Below, one piece after another: positions 37,312-46,684 of a stretch of DNA of 64,000 bases. How positions within the stretch are numbered: position 1 is the stretch's first letter; the number at the start of each line of letters is the position of its first letter. A program made the position numbers and the translations under genes. Below the pieces are notes generated by a model. The model did not search any database and was not told the DNA's origin. It saw only the letters and a list, made by a program, of their open reading frames with translations. The stretch covers positions 752 to 64,751 of the IMG/VR virus record IMGVR_UViG_3300028298_000007; one strand, given 5' to 3'. This DNA is from a virus (lineage: Duplodnaviria; Caudoviricetes).

Positions 37312-37608
37312 TTAGTGGTGGAATTCTTTTATGAATATAGTTACTAAAGTACCGACTACAGAAATTAATACAACCCCGCCAAAAAAGTAGATTCCACTTA
37401 CCTTTTGGCTTAAATTAGATTGTTTGGTTACTAGACCATCTCCATTTTCGCTGCCAAACATGATATTGTGCATATCATTTACCATTTTTTCCATGTTCTT
37501 GGCAGAAGTCTTAACTTCAATGGAAGAATTATTTATCTCATCAATACGAGCATGAACTCTTTGCATTGAATTAGTGCATTCTTGTCTAGTTATAGTTTCG
37601 CTTTCCAT
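37312..37608 (-). CDS. coiled-coil plus TM protein (holin/XhlA-like)
   Basis: VHARID coiled coil, NGDGL, C-terminal TM helix. Confidence 0.5.
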   Translation of the reverse strand: MESETITRQECTNSMQRVHARIDEINNSSIEVKTSAKNMEKMVNDMHNIMFGSENGDGLVTKQSNLSQKVSGIYFFGGVVLISVVGTLVTIFIKEFHH

Positions 37609-37625
37609 TTAAAAATCCTAGGTGT

Positions 37626-37877
37626 TTAAGAAGAAGTAGAACTAGATGAAGAACTAGAACTTGAACTTGAACTTGAACTAGAACTAGAACTAGACGAACT
37701 GGAGTAAGTATTTTTTGTAGGAACTCCCTGGCCTAACAATTGAAATTTCCTGCGATTAACCATGATAATATTGCAATCATTTTCTACAACATTAAACATA
37801 CCGCAGGCGACATTTTCGCAAGTTATTCCAGCAGCGCCATTATTTTTAAATGGACATTTATAAGCCGGATATGCCAT
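37626..37877 (-). CDS. small Cys-rich protein with about 25-residue poly-Ser tail
   Basis: CPF...C...C...C then a Ser run. Confidence 0.65.
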   Translation of the reverse strand: MAYPAYKCPFKNNGAAGITCENVACGMFNVVENDCNIIMVNRRKFQLLGQGVPTKNTYSSSSSSSSSSSSSSSSSSSSSSTSS

Positions 37878-37893
37878 TCTTATCTCCTATATT

Positions 37894-37923
37894 ACCGGCA
37901 GAAGCATTACTGCTTCTGCCGGT
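37894..37923. terminator. GC-rich hairpin downstream of the capsid fibre gene
   Basis: ACCGGCAGAAGCA-TTAC-TGCTTCTGCCGGT perfect inverted repeat. Confidence 0.6.
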
Positions 37924-37933
37924 ATAGTTTTAA

Positions 37934-39181
37934 CTAAACTGCGCTTTCTACATAGACATCAAATATCTTGAAGAACGCGCCTGAAACACCTCCGAACTCA
38001 AGCGACTTAATACCGCTTTCAGTAGCAGTTATTTCTACCTTGACATATCTACCATTCTTAGGCGTACAAGCTACTTCTTTCCAAACAGTAGTATCTTGCC
38101 ATTCCGAAATAGCAAGGGCGACTGCAGTACCCCAATTGCCATTAGTTTCGCTGACATAGATATTAATATTGGTAGGATCGCAGCTTAAATTACCGCCTGA
38201 GCGTCCTCTGACTTGCTGTACATTATAGATATTGCCTAAGTCGATAACAAACTCATGAGTTTCATTAACCGTATGTTTCCATACATTCGTACCGGCCAAA
38301 GCATTTTCAGGAGTTGTATCTCCGCCGTCATCGCCGCAGTGAGATTCGAGATATGTATTATCTATCCCGAGCCATCCGGTTGTAGTAGAACTGCTCGAAG
38401 AAGAACTAGACGAACTGCTTGACGATGAACTGCTCGAACTAGACGAACTGCTTGAACTTAATGAACTGCTCGAACTAGACGAACTGCTTGAACTTAATGA
38501 GCTTGAGCTAGATGAACTGCTAGAGCTGCTCGAAGAACTTGAACTGCTTGAGCTGCTCGAACTAGACGAACTGCTTGAACTTAATGAGCTTGAGCTAGAT
38601 GAACTGCTAGAGCTACTCGAAGAACTTGAACTCGAAGAACTTGAACTCGAAGAACTTGAACTAGATGAACTTCTAGAACTGCTCGAAGAACTTGAACTGC
38701 TTGATTTACTTGAACTAGATGAACTGCTAGAACTTCTGGAACTGCTGGAACTACTGGAACTGAATGAACTGCTGGAGCTACTTGAAGAACTAGAACTGCT
38801 AGAACTGCTCGAAGAACTAGACGAACTTGATCCAGTTCCAGTTACAGTTACATTAAGTGCATGCCAATAAGTTCCATCACACCAGAACTCAGCATTTTCA
38901 TATTTTCCTATCTGCGCCGTATCATAACTTCCGCCGCCGCCGTTAAAACCAGCCGTAACAAAAACATAGCCCTGGCTAGTAGTGGTTACCTGTATATTGA
39001 CACCTTTAAGTTTAGCGCTCGCGGCGGGTAAAGTTAACTTGATATTTCCGGTAGTTAACTTTATAAAAAGATAACCACTCTCCAGAATATCATCTTCTGT
39101 AAGAGTATAGTCTGCGGTCTTTGTGAGAGTTGTTCCTCTCTTGTTTGCAACAGAATATTTATATCTAGTAGGTTTTGGCAT
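37934..39181 (-). CDS. putative capsid fibre: anchor domain, about 148-residue poly-Ser stalk, F5/8 type C (discoidin/CBM32-like) domain
   Basis: N-terminus paralogous to 39205..39549; C-terminal PENALAG...FVIDLG...GRYVKVEI motifs. Confidence 0.75.
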   Translation of the reverse strand: MPKPTRYKYSVANKRGTTLTKTADYTLTEDDILESGYLFIKLTTGNIKLTLPAASAKLKGVNIQVTTTSQGYVFVTAGFNGGGGSYDTAQIGKYENAEFWCDGTYWHALNVTVTGTGSSSSSSSSSSSSSSSSSSSSSSFSSSSSSSSRSSSSSSSSSKSSSSSSSSSSRSSSSSSSSSSSSSSSSSSSSSSSSSSSSSLSSSSSSSSSSSSSSSSSSSSSSSSSSSSLSSSSSSSSSSSLSSSSSSSSSSSSSSSSSSSSSSSSTTTGWLGIDNTYLESHCGDDGGDTTPENALAGTNVWKHTVNETHEFVIDLGNIYNVQQVRGRSGGNLSCDPTNINIYVSETNGNWGTAVALAISEWQDTTVWKEVACTPKNGRYVKVEITATESGIKSLEFGGVSGAFFKIFDVYVESAV

Positions 39182-39204
39182 ATAGGTATCCTCCTTTTAT
39201 CTGG

Positions 39205-39549
39205 TTAGCTTGCGCCTACAGATTGAGATAAGGCATACCAATATGTTCCGTCGCACCAAAATTCTACGGTGTTATAGGCTCCGATTGTTACCGTATCGTA
39301 GCTATCACCACCACCACCAAAACCGGCGGATACATCGACTTTACCTGAAGCATTATTCGATGTAACATATACGCTAACTCCTTTTAAGGCAGAACTTGCT
39401 ACCGGCAAAGTTAATGTATATGCGCCATTAATTTTAAAGAATTGTCCGACTCTTAAAATATCTGACTCTGTAATACTATATGTTTCTGCCTTAGTAGTGG
39501 CAGTACCTCTTGCATTTGCAACACCATATTTATATCTAGAAAGTTTCAT
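39205..39549 (-). CDS. putative capsid decoration protein
   Basis: Directly after the capsid gene; LTLP...GFGGGG...EFWCDGTYWY; likely start MKLSRYKY after GGAGGT. Confidence 0.65.
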   Translation of the reverse strand: MKLSRYKYGVANARGTATTKAETYSITESDILRVGQFFKINGAYTLTLPVASSALKGVSVYVTSNNASGKVDVSAGFGGGGDSYDTVTIGAYNTVEFWCDGTYWYALSQSVGAS

Positions 39550-39593
39550 TAAATACCTCCTTAACATTAAGCATTTTTCAGCTTAACAGCTGT

Positions 39594-39615
39594 GCCGGGA
39601 GATTTCTCTCCCGGC
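39594..39615 (-). terminator. hairpin after the capsid gene
   Basis: GCCGGGAGA-TTTC-TCTCCCGGC. Confidence 0.6.
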
Positions 39616-39637
39616 CATCGCCATTAATTCGGGTTAA

Positions 39638-42229
39638 TTACGATACTATTGCTCCTGCAAAAGCCCTGAAATCAGTAACAGCTCCGCCGTATTCATGGCG
39701 CACCTTGTAACGGATCTGGTCGTAAGTAAACACATTACCGACTGTAGGCTGATCCTGGACTAAAATCTCAGGTTCTTCTTTTCCGTTCAAAAATCCTATT
39801 TCAATACCTTCTACATCGCCGGGTTTGGCAGATAAATAATAATTATTCTCATCACCGCGAAGGAACGGACTTTGCTGAACTTCAAATTGGCCTTTCAACG
39901 TATTGTTTCCGCCTTCTGCGTTTTCAGGATGCTTCTCCGAATTAGCTAAGGCTAACGCGGTGCCATTTAAAGAACGAGGTACCCAAAGAATAGGTTTCTC
40001 TATGGCTAAGAACTGAGTTACTTTCTTTACGCTCACGCCCTGGGCGTGTTGTGCATCTGTAGTCCCGAACATGCCTCTTGCTATGGTCAAGGCGTCTGTA
40101 GCCACAACATCAATGCGGACTATTTCTCCGTCTAACCACGCATAATCCCCTGCCTTAAAATACTGGCCTGTGCTACCGGTAACATTCAAAGTTGTTCCGC
40201 CAGCAGATAAAGGATTATTTACAACAAGAGATTTGTAACCGAGCTCGCACTGATACCACATATCGTTTAGAAGATCCTGCAGGTTATCGTAACCCAAAGT
40301 ACCTGTGCGTAAATTTTTATGGGCTGCTACATAAAGCACTGCACTGTCATAGATCGTGGCCGTATTAATACCAGTAGCGCCGTAGCCTAACATTAAATCA
40401 AAGACGAACTGATTCAATGTATAACCAGCGGCCTTACCTACTCTTTTCGGTATTCCGGTCAGAACCTTCAGATCATCATCAATAATCATCCTTCTAGTTA
40501 TGGTGATTAATCCACCCTTGGTGGCAACTGCATATGTAGCTTCAGTATCAGCCGGGAAGCCCAATTCTGGATAAGTCGGAGTTGCAGTATCAATAGGAGT
40601 GCCAGCAACTGTACGCGCTGCCTGAACCGTAGGAAGAACGCCGAAACCTCCCCATTGGATCCTTTCCTGCAGTTTAAAATCTTTTATCGGGGTAGTTACC
40701 GCAATTTTTCTCCATAACTCCGGTATTGCCCGGTATTCAGGAAGCATGCGCCTTTGCATAGAAAAACCTAAGGCATAAGTAAAACTGCCATCACCTTCAT
40801 AGGCTTCTTTCAATCTTGCGACTGCTTTCGGGCCTAATATTCCGGTAATCCCGGGATCGTCAGTGTAGGCAACATACGCTTCTCTTAATGACGTAAATCT
40901 GTCAATATCCTTATATTTTTCTTTTTCTGTCTCGCTAGGCGTGTAACCTAACATTAAGTCAAGAGAAGCCTGTAACCTTGTAACCGGTTCTCTCTCAACA
41001 AAAATACCTTCTACCTCGCCGAAACCTACTATGGCTTTACTTTCTATTAATTGGGCTAATGTGTCGCGTTCAGCCTTAATAGCTTCTTTTAATTCAGATT
41101 CTTTAAATATCTTGCTCTTGAAAGAATTTCTGATCTTACCTTTTATCGGCTCAGGAAGATTGCTTTCGCTTAAGGCTAATTCGAGCAATTCTTTACATTC
41201 CCTGACTTTTAATTGGTTATCTATATTTTCTAATTTGGCTTCCAGATCTTTATTTTTCTTTTCCATTTCGGCCTGTTTTTTCTGCGCTTCGGTTTGTCCA
41301 GCAGCAGCATCGGCCTGAGCCTTAAGCAGTTCTTTCTTTTTCTTTAACTGCTCAGAAGATAATATTTCATCGGGTGCTTTAACTAACTCCTCGTCAGTCA
41401 TTTCTTTTACCTTAGCTATATTCGCTAAAGCTTTTTCTGCCTCTTCATATTTCTTTTCTTTTATATTTTTAACAATGGCCTCTAATTCGGCGCATTTATC
41501 TGATTTCTTATTTTTTGCTTCCGTAACCAATGATTCAAAAATACTGATTACTTCTTCTTCGGTAATATTAGCGATATCCACGCTCTCTAACAATTTCGGA
41601 TTCCATGCCTTCAAAGATGCGAGCAATTTCTTAAACATTTTTTCACTACCTCCTGTTTGGTTGAGGCTTTCAATTATTTTCAGTAACCCACCGCCAGCCG
41701 CAGGTTGAGTTACGAAGTCCGTACTGAAGACTTTACTTATTCCGCTTACTACCGTTACCGGTTGGCCATTCAACATTCTGACGCTAGAAGGACCTTCCGC
41801 ATTAATTGACAATCCCAGAAAGTTTTTTAAACCTTTCTGCCAGGCATTTATGAGCATCTGCTTTAACTCTTTTACTTTGCTATTTTCTTCGAGTAAATGC
41901 AGAGACCCGGTTAAACCAGTAACTTCCCTCCCCTCGATTTTAACTGTTTCGTATTTTACGTTATCGAGGTACCCTGCGGTCTGGAGAGGAAATCCCTCTG
42001 GACGAATTTTCTCTATTGATAAAGGAACATGATCAAAATGGCTGTCTTTCCATTCGTAAAAACAAACTTTGGATTTCTCAAAAAGTGGGATTGATTTTTG
42101 GAGGGCTTCTTGGGTATAATACTTTCCGTTTTTAGATAGTCCTTCTTCAATAATCATAACCTTCCAAGCAGAACCGGAAGAAGAACTTTCTAAGAAGCAA
42201 ACTATATTGGTCTGATTTAATTTAATCAA
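39638..42229 (-). CDS. fused prohead protease / scaffold / major capsid protein (Mu gpT-like C-terminus)
   Basis: GLSKNGKYY, GLSINA and STDFVTQPAAGG protease motifs; coiled-coil middle; ITRRMIIDDD, GFLNGKEEP and YKVRHEYGG..DFR capsid motifs. Confidence 0.88.
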   Translation of the reverse strand: MIKLNQTNIVCFLESSSSGSAWKVMIIEEGLSKNGKYYTQEALQKSIPLFEKSKVCFYEWKDSHFDHVPLSIEKIRPEGFPLQTAGYLDNVKYETVKIEGREVTGLTGSLHLLEENSKVKELKQMLINAWQKGLKNFLGLSINAEGPSSVRMLNGQPVTVVSGISKVFSTDFVTQPAAGGGLLKIIESLNQTGGSEKMFKKLLASLKAWNPKLLESVDIANITEEEVISIFESLVTEAKNKKSDKCAELEAIVKNIKEKKYEEAEKALANIAKVKEMTDEELVKAPDEILSSEQLKKKKELLKAQADAAAGQTEAQKKQAEMEKKNKDLEAKLENIDNQLKVRECKELLELALSESNLPEPIKGKIRNSFKSKIFKESELKEAIKAERDTLAQLIESKAIVGFGEVEGIFVEREPVTRLQASLDLMLGYTPSETEKEKYKDIDRFTSLREAYVAYTDDPGITGILGPKAVARLKEAYEGDGSFTYALGFSMQRRMLPEYRAIPELWRKIAVTTPIKDFKLQERIQWGGFGVLPTVQAARTVAGTPIDTATPTYPELGFPADTEATYAVATKGGLITITRRMIIDDDLKVLTGIPKRVGKAAGYTLNQFVFDLMLGYGATGINTATIYDSAVLYVAAHKNLRTGTLGYDNLQDLLNDMWYQCELGYKSLVVNNPLSAGGTTLNVTGSTGQYFKAGDYAWLDGEIVRIDVVATDALTIARGMFGTTDAQHAQGVSVKKVTQFLAIEKPILWVPRSLNGTALALANSEKHPENAEGGNNTLKGQFEVQQSPFLRGDENNYYLSAKPGDVEGIEIGFLNGKEEPEILVQDQPTVGNVFTYDQIRYKVRHEYGGAVTDFRAFAGAIVS

Positions 42230-42542
42230 TTATTGCTCCGGCTAATTCTTTCGTTATCCTATTAACGATCTCCTTACGTGTTTCTTTATTTCCGGAGTAT
42301 GTTGCCGGCTCAAATAATATATAAGATATTTTATGCTGCTTTAACCAAGATTTTGCTTCTTCTGGAGTATATTGATGTTTTCCAAATCGGTAGGTCTGTG
42401 CTTTCATCGGCGCATTAGCATCACCTTTAGACTTTTGCATTATTAAAGAAATACCCGGAGCTATTTGCTTCCGGGCATACTCAGCAGAATTTTGCGGAAG
42501 TGGTTCTGCGACTCTAACTGCGTGTTCATTAGGATATGGCAT
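42222..42542 (-). CDS. head-module protein (PYPNEHA-type domain)
   Basis: MPYPNEHAVR...QTYRF...TPEEAKSWL...FEPA. Confidence 0.7.
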   Translation of the reverse strand: MPYPNEHAVRVAEPLPQNSAEYARKQIAPGISLIMQKSKGDANAPMKAQTYRFGKHQYTPEEAKSWLKQHKISYILFEPATYSGNKETRKEIVNRITKELAGAIID

Positions 42543-42551
42543 TAGCACTCC

Positions 42552-42618
42552 TGTGGATATCCTGTGGATAACTCTATAACTACTTAAAATATATACACAT
42601 AAAATCTATCTTTGTCAA
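42552..42618 (-). promoter_or_regulatory. sigma70-type promoter with tandem DnaA-box-like sites in the leader
   Basis: Minus strand TTGACA-17 nt-TATATA, followed by TTATCCACA and ATATCCACA. Confidence 0.65.
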
Positions 42619-42621
42619 GTA

Positions 42622-44271
42622 TTATTTTTTTAATGTCCAAAAGTCAGAGTTAATACTCTCTCTTTTTGCGATAAATATTCCTTTAAGTTTATCGCCTGAA
42701 AACTCTATTGTTTTCTCTAACTCTGTTGACTCTAAAATAGATACTTTACCTTTATCTAAATTTCTTTCCCAAAGTGGCATAGATGTTGGGTTAAGTTGAC
42801 TTAAAGGTGGCAAAAATGCTATTACTTTAGATTCACTATATTTATCAAATTTCGATAGTTTTATATAAAAAACTGATTCTTTAAAGTTTTCATTTAACAA
42901 ATCTTTATCTAAAATCATATCAATACCTAAATCGGTAGCAATAATAAAATCTTCTATCTTAGGAACTGACTTATTCCACCTAGTATAGTAAGCAAATTCG
43001 CCAAATTTCCTTTCGGCTTCTTTCATCTTAATATCAAACTTATATCCGCGGTAATCAATACCGCTGTCTTTTAATGCTTTTAACGTATCAAAAGCTTGCT
43101 GGCCTCCATCAGGTTGAACTATAATATATTTATATTCAGTAAATTTATCAAAAAGTTCTAACGCAAAAGGAGATAACTTTTCCGGTTGGAAGTTGGTAGT
43201 CCCAGCCTCAATCATTTTCTTTACGCAATTATAAAATGATTGTTTTAACTGCTCAAAATCCTGTTTTACTTCTTCCCCGCGCCTTTTAGCGGCATATAGT
43301 TTAAGGATTTGCTTTAATTCTTCCTGATGATCTTTACTTTCCTCAAGTCTTATATCGGACTGATTGATAAAATCCAAGACCTCTATCATTTCTGCATTAT
43401 CAAAACAAGATGTCGATAGATACGAACTATTCTGCTGTATAGGATAATTCGTAACTACCAATTCATTCTTTCTGGTCATATGGCCTGAACTAGGTGCCGC
43501 TAGATTATATTGAGAAAGTATCTTGCGGTTGTATTTTGCCTCTTTCCAACCATCACAAACTTCGTAAGTAACCATCCACTTACCGGGAATAGTCTTAGTG
43601 AAGGATTCAAATTCTTCCTGCGTAGGACACCATTTCCAATTCATCTTTGCGCTAGGATATGGCGGATCAAGGAAAGTAAAAGATTCTGCGGTAGAATATT
43701 TTTTAACAAAATCCTTATAGTCCATATTTTCTATAGTTACGCCGGCCAATCTTTCTTTTATCTTGGCCAGTCGCGTAGTTAATTTCATTACCTCGCCTTC
43801 GGCCCTATCATCGTAGGAGCGCATTTCGCCGGCATCGCTTGCTGCCTTGATATAGACATAGCGGTAGAACTGGTAAACTGGGTCTTTATTTGTCGGACTT
43901 TCTTTATATTCACCGAGTAATTTATTAAATGTTTCCTTAGACGTCTTCCAGTCCATTTTATTCAATTCTTCTATCTGCTGGTCAGTGATATTCTGCATGA
44001 ACTTAAAACACGAAACAATCTCAGAATCCTTGTCATTAATAAACTCTTCCGATCCTTTATTCTTCCTGAATAATACGCTTCCGCCACCTATAAATGGTTC
44101 GACATACCTTTTGTGTTCAGGAAACATTGATATTAACTTTCCAGCCACGAAGAACTTTCCACCGGGGGAGCCAAAAGCAGGTTTTACGCCTTCATTAATT
44201 TTCTCATTAGAGATTAAGTCTATTTTATCCAAAGAAAAATCTTCTAATAACGGTAGTAAAAAATTATTCAT
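42622..44271 (-). CDS. Dam-like (D12 class) adenine methyltransferase with C-terminal extension
   Basis: PGGK, YVEPFIGGGS, IND and DPPY motifs; probable start at ATG 44271 overlapping the portal stop. Confidence 0.85.
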   Translation of the reverse strand: MNNFLLPLLEDFSLDKIDLISNEKINEGVKPAFGSPGGKFFVAGKLISMFPEHKRYVEPFIGGGSVLFRKNKGSEEFINDKDSEIVSCFKFMQNITDQQIEELNKMDWKTSKETFNKLLGEYKESPTNKDPVYQFYRYVYIKAASDAGEMRSYDDRAEGEVMKLTTRLAKIKERLAGVTIENMDYKDFVKKYSTAESFTFLDPPYPSAKMNWKWCPTQEEFESFTKTIPGKWMVTYEVCDGWKEAKYNRKILSQYNLAAPSSGHMTRKNELVVTNYPIQQNSSYLSTSCFDNAEMIEVLDFINQSDIRLEESKDHQEELKQILKLYAAKRRGEEVKQDFEQLKQSFYNCVKKMIEAGTTNFQPEKLSPFALELFDKFTEYKYIIVQPDGGQQAFDTLKALKDSGIDYRGYKFDIKMKEAERKFGEFAYYTRWNKSVPKIEDFIIATDLGIDMILDKDLLNENFKESVFYIKLSKFDKYSESKVIAFLPPLSQLNPTSMPLWERNLDKGKVSILESTELEKTIEFSGDKLKGIFIAKRESINSDFWTLKK

Positions 44272-46684
44272 TAATAGCCTCCTCTGTTTCTTCCTGTTCA
44301 TTTTCCATATCAACACCTAACTGATTTATTACCGCATTGATTACAGTCTTTGCCTGTTTGTCTGTAATCCATTTTTTATCGGAAGCCTGGACAAGTCCTC
44401 CGACTAATCCATTCATAGCCTCAGCAACGCCTTTATTATCCCGAGATACTATAGGAGAAGGTATTACGGTAAAACTTCTATCAACATCTTTCTTCAATGT
44501 ACCGGCAATTATAGCCTGATCTATAGCAAAATTAAACATATGCTTAATCATAAATTTTACTTTTTTCTGTTTTGATTTTAAATTTTTTAAAGTCGGAAGT
44601 CCCATTTCCATCGCAGTTTGAAGTTGTATTGCGATTTTACCATTTCTACGAGTAATCATAAATTGATAAGGCATACTAAAACAATAAACCTTACCATTGT
44701 ATTGTTCTTTTTGAATATTAGATTCGTATCGTTTTCCTCTGTTATTAACTTGTATTCTATTTCTTAAATCTCTTTCAATGATATTGCTACCACTAATAAT
44801 GTTCCATTTAAACTTTCCTTTTATGGAAATGGAAGTCCTTGAAGAATATCCAAGAAGTAAACAAATAATTTGAAAATCATCCTTTAATTGATTTGAATTT
44901 GTAGAATAATTGAAACAATTTCTGCCTTTTCTTTTATCAAATGAACCATCTCCTGCCATCATAGATTTAAAAAGAATTTCTAAGTATGGTTTATCTAACT
45001 GCAATATATCTTTCGGTATTCTTTTTTCTTTACTTACACAACCAATATTTTCTTTAAGATAGTGCCAAAGAGATTTATTACTAATATTAAAAACTGTAAC
45101 ACCTTTACCATTATCAGATTCATTGGCCTGAAATCCAATTTTTTTCAGTAAGTTTCGTATAATTTTAACATTATATTCTTTTTTTTGAGCTATTCTGACA
45201 CAAAATCTATTTTTAGCATTATTAAGATATCCTTCTGAAAGATACCAACCAAGAAAATCTACCCAATCTTTCATCACGAATTTTCTTGGACTATCTTTTA
45301 TTCTTGATTGAATATCATAAGAAATATAAGGTAATTCAAAATATTCTTGTTTTTTACCAATCCAATTTTTTGCGCCTTCTTTGATATAAAATGTTTTATA
45401 TGTTATATCTTTTGCCTGAATAATCTCAAATTTTCTTCCTTTATGCGCTTCTTTAATCCACATTCTATGTTCAGGCGTTACTAAAATATCTGTTCTTGTA
45501 TTAGTAAAATGATACATTTCTCCTTTATAATCATAAAGATATATATTGCCTTTAGGTTTACAGAATTCAATTCTATCTTTATCAGGATTAAAAGTAGCTA
45601 ATTTTTCTCCTTTTTTAATTTCCCAATATTTTTTCCATCCATTTTCAGTTAAAGTTTCTGTATCTTCACTATAACAGGCGCGAGTAGTGCGGCTTCCTTC
45701 GGCAAACCAATGTTCGGGATATCCTGCTCCACCTAATATCTGATTTTTGAATAGCCTTGCTTCTTCTGAAGCGTCAGCCCCTTCTAACTTCGGAGTTTCA
45801 GATTTCCATTTAATCTTATCATTATGCGCTCTTATTGAACCTGGCCTAGGAGTAGCCAAAGTCTTGACAAATTCCTGTAATTCTTCTTTGGACATCCCTT
45901 CGCACTCAATATCCCATATAAAAGTATTTATCAAAAATGCTCTCTCAAGCCTAGCAAAAAGAAATTGGTCATAGCCATCCAGCCAATCAGCTAAGCGCAA
46001 TAACGTACTTCTACCGCGTGTAGCAGAACTTACTTTATTAATGGTAAAATAGAAACAATCTCCGACTAATTTTCCGTAAGATTTTGATTTTAGATTTTTA
46101 TCGATATTAATAATGCTTAATTCTCTTTCAACTTGACCAGTTGGTTTTCTCCATATAAGTGTTTTATTGAGTTTAGCGTTATAAGGATCTTTCTTTATTT
46201 TTAATATTGTCTTAGGATCCATATAACTTAATTTAACAGCGCCATCAGCTGAATTAACCCAGACCGGTAAACAAAGTTCTCCGAAAAGATAAAGTTCAAC
46301 AACATTAATATTCATTTCTTCATCAAGATTATTATCCGGATCATTCCAAAAATTATCTAATACTTCCTTTACGTCCTTATCTTTAGCTGTAAAAGTAAAA
46401 CCATCTCCGATTACAAAATCTTCGATGATTTCAATTATACGGCCGGCCATAGGGTTGCTATCATATAGGTAAAACGCTATATCCTGCATTCTGCGCTGCG
46501 TAAGCAGATTAAGGTCCCTATGCTGGTTAGTAGTCAATGAACGCCATAATGCGTCATCACTTGATCCGCCTACCATTGGATATGATTCGTCTATCTTGCG
46601 TAAAATCTCAACATGCCTTTTTTCGCGTTCCTTGAAATCTACTACAACATTTTTTGATTCATCTGCTTTTACTTTTTTTTTCAT
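44264..46684 (-). CDS. portal protein containing an intein
   Basis: Follows TerL; NPMAGRII, FGE, RGRSTL and GYPEHW...RA|TAMEM portal motifs. Confidence 0.85.
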   Translation of the reverse strand: MKKKVKADESKNVVVDFKEREKRHVEILRKIDESYPMVGGSSDDALWRSLTTNQHRDLNLLTQRRMQDIAFYLYDSNPMAGRIIEIIEDFVIGDGFTFTAKDKDVKEVLDNFWNDPDNNLDEEMNINVVELYLFGELCLPVWVNSADGAVKLSYMDPKTILKIKKDPYNAKLNKTLIWRKPTGQVERELSIINIDKNLKSKSYGKLVGDCFYFTINKVSSATRGRSTLLRLADWLDGYDQFLFARLERAFLINTFIWDIECEGMSKEELQEFVKTLATPRPGSIRAHNDKIKWKSETPKLEGADASEEARLFKNQILGGAGYPEHWFAEGSRTTRACYSEDTETLTENGWKKYWEIKKGEKLATFNPDKDRIEFCKPKGNIYLYDYKGEMYHFTNTRTDILVTPEHRMWIKEAHKGRKFEIIQAKDITYKTFYIKEGAKNWIGKKQEYFELPYISYDIQSRIKDSPRKFVMKDWVDFLGWYLSEGYLNNAKNRFCVRIAQKKEYNVKIIRNLLKKIGFQANESDNGKGVTVFNISNKSLWHYLKENIGCVSKEKRIPKDILQLDKPYLEILFKSMMAGDGSFDKRKGRNCFNYSTNSNQLKDDFQIICLLLGYSSRTSISIKGKFKWNIISGSNIIERDLRNRIQVNNRGKRYESNIQKEQYNGKVYCFSMPYQFMITRRNGKIAIQLQTAMEMGLPTLKNLKSKQKKVKFMIKHMFNFAIDQAIIAGTLKKDVDRSFTVIPSPIVSRDNKGVAEAMNGLVGGLVQASDKKWITDKQAKTVINAVINQLGVDMENEQEETEEAINE
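44618..45676 (-). mobile_element. intein (353 aa) with LAGLIDADG homing endonuclease, ending in Gln
   Basis: Block A CYSEDTETLTENGW, block B VTPEHRM, LGWYLSEG and MAGDGS, block F KVYC, ending IAIQLQ followed by Thr. Confidence 0.9.
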
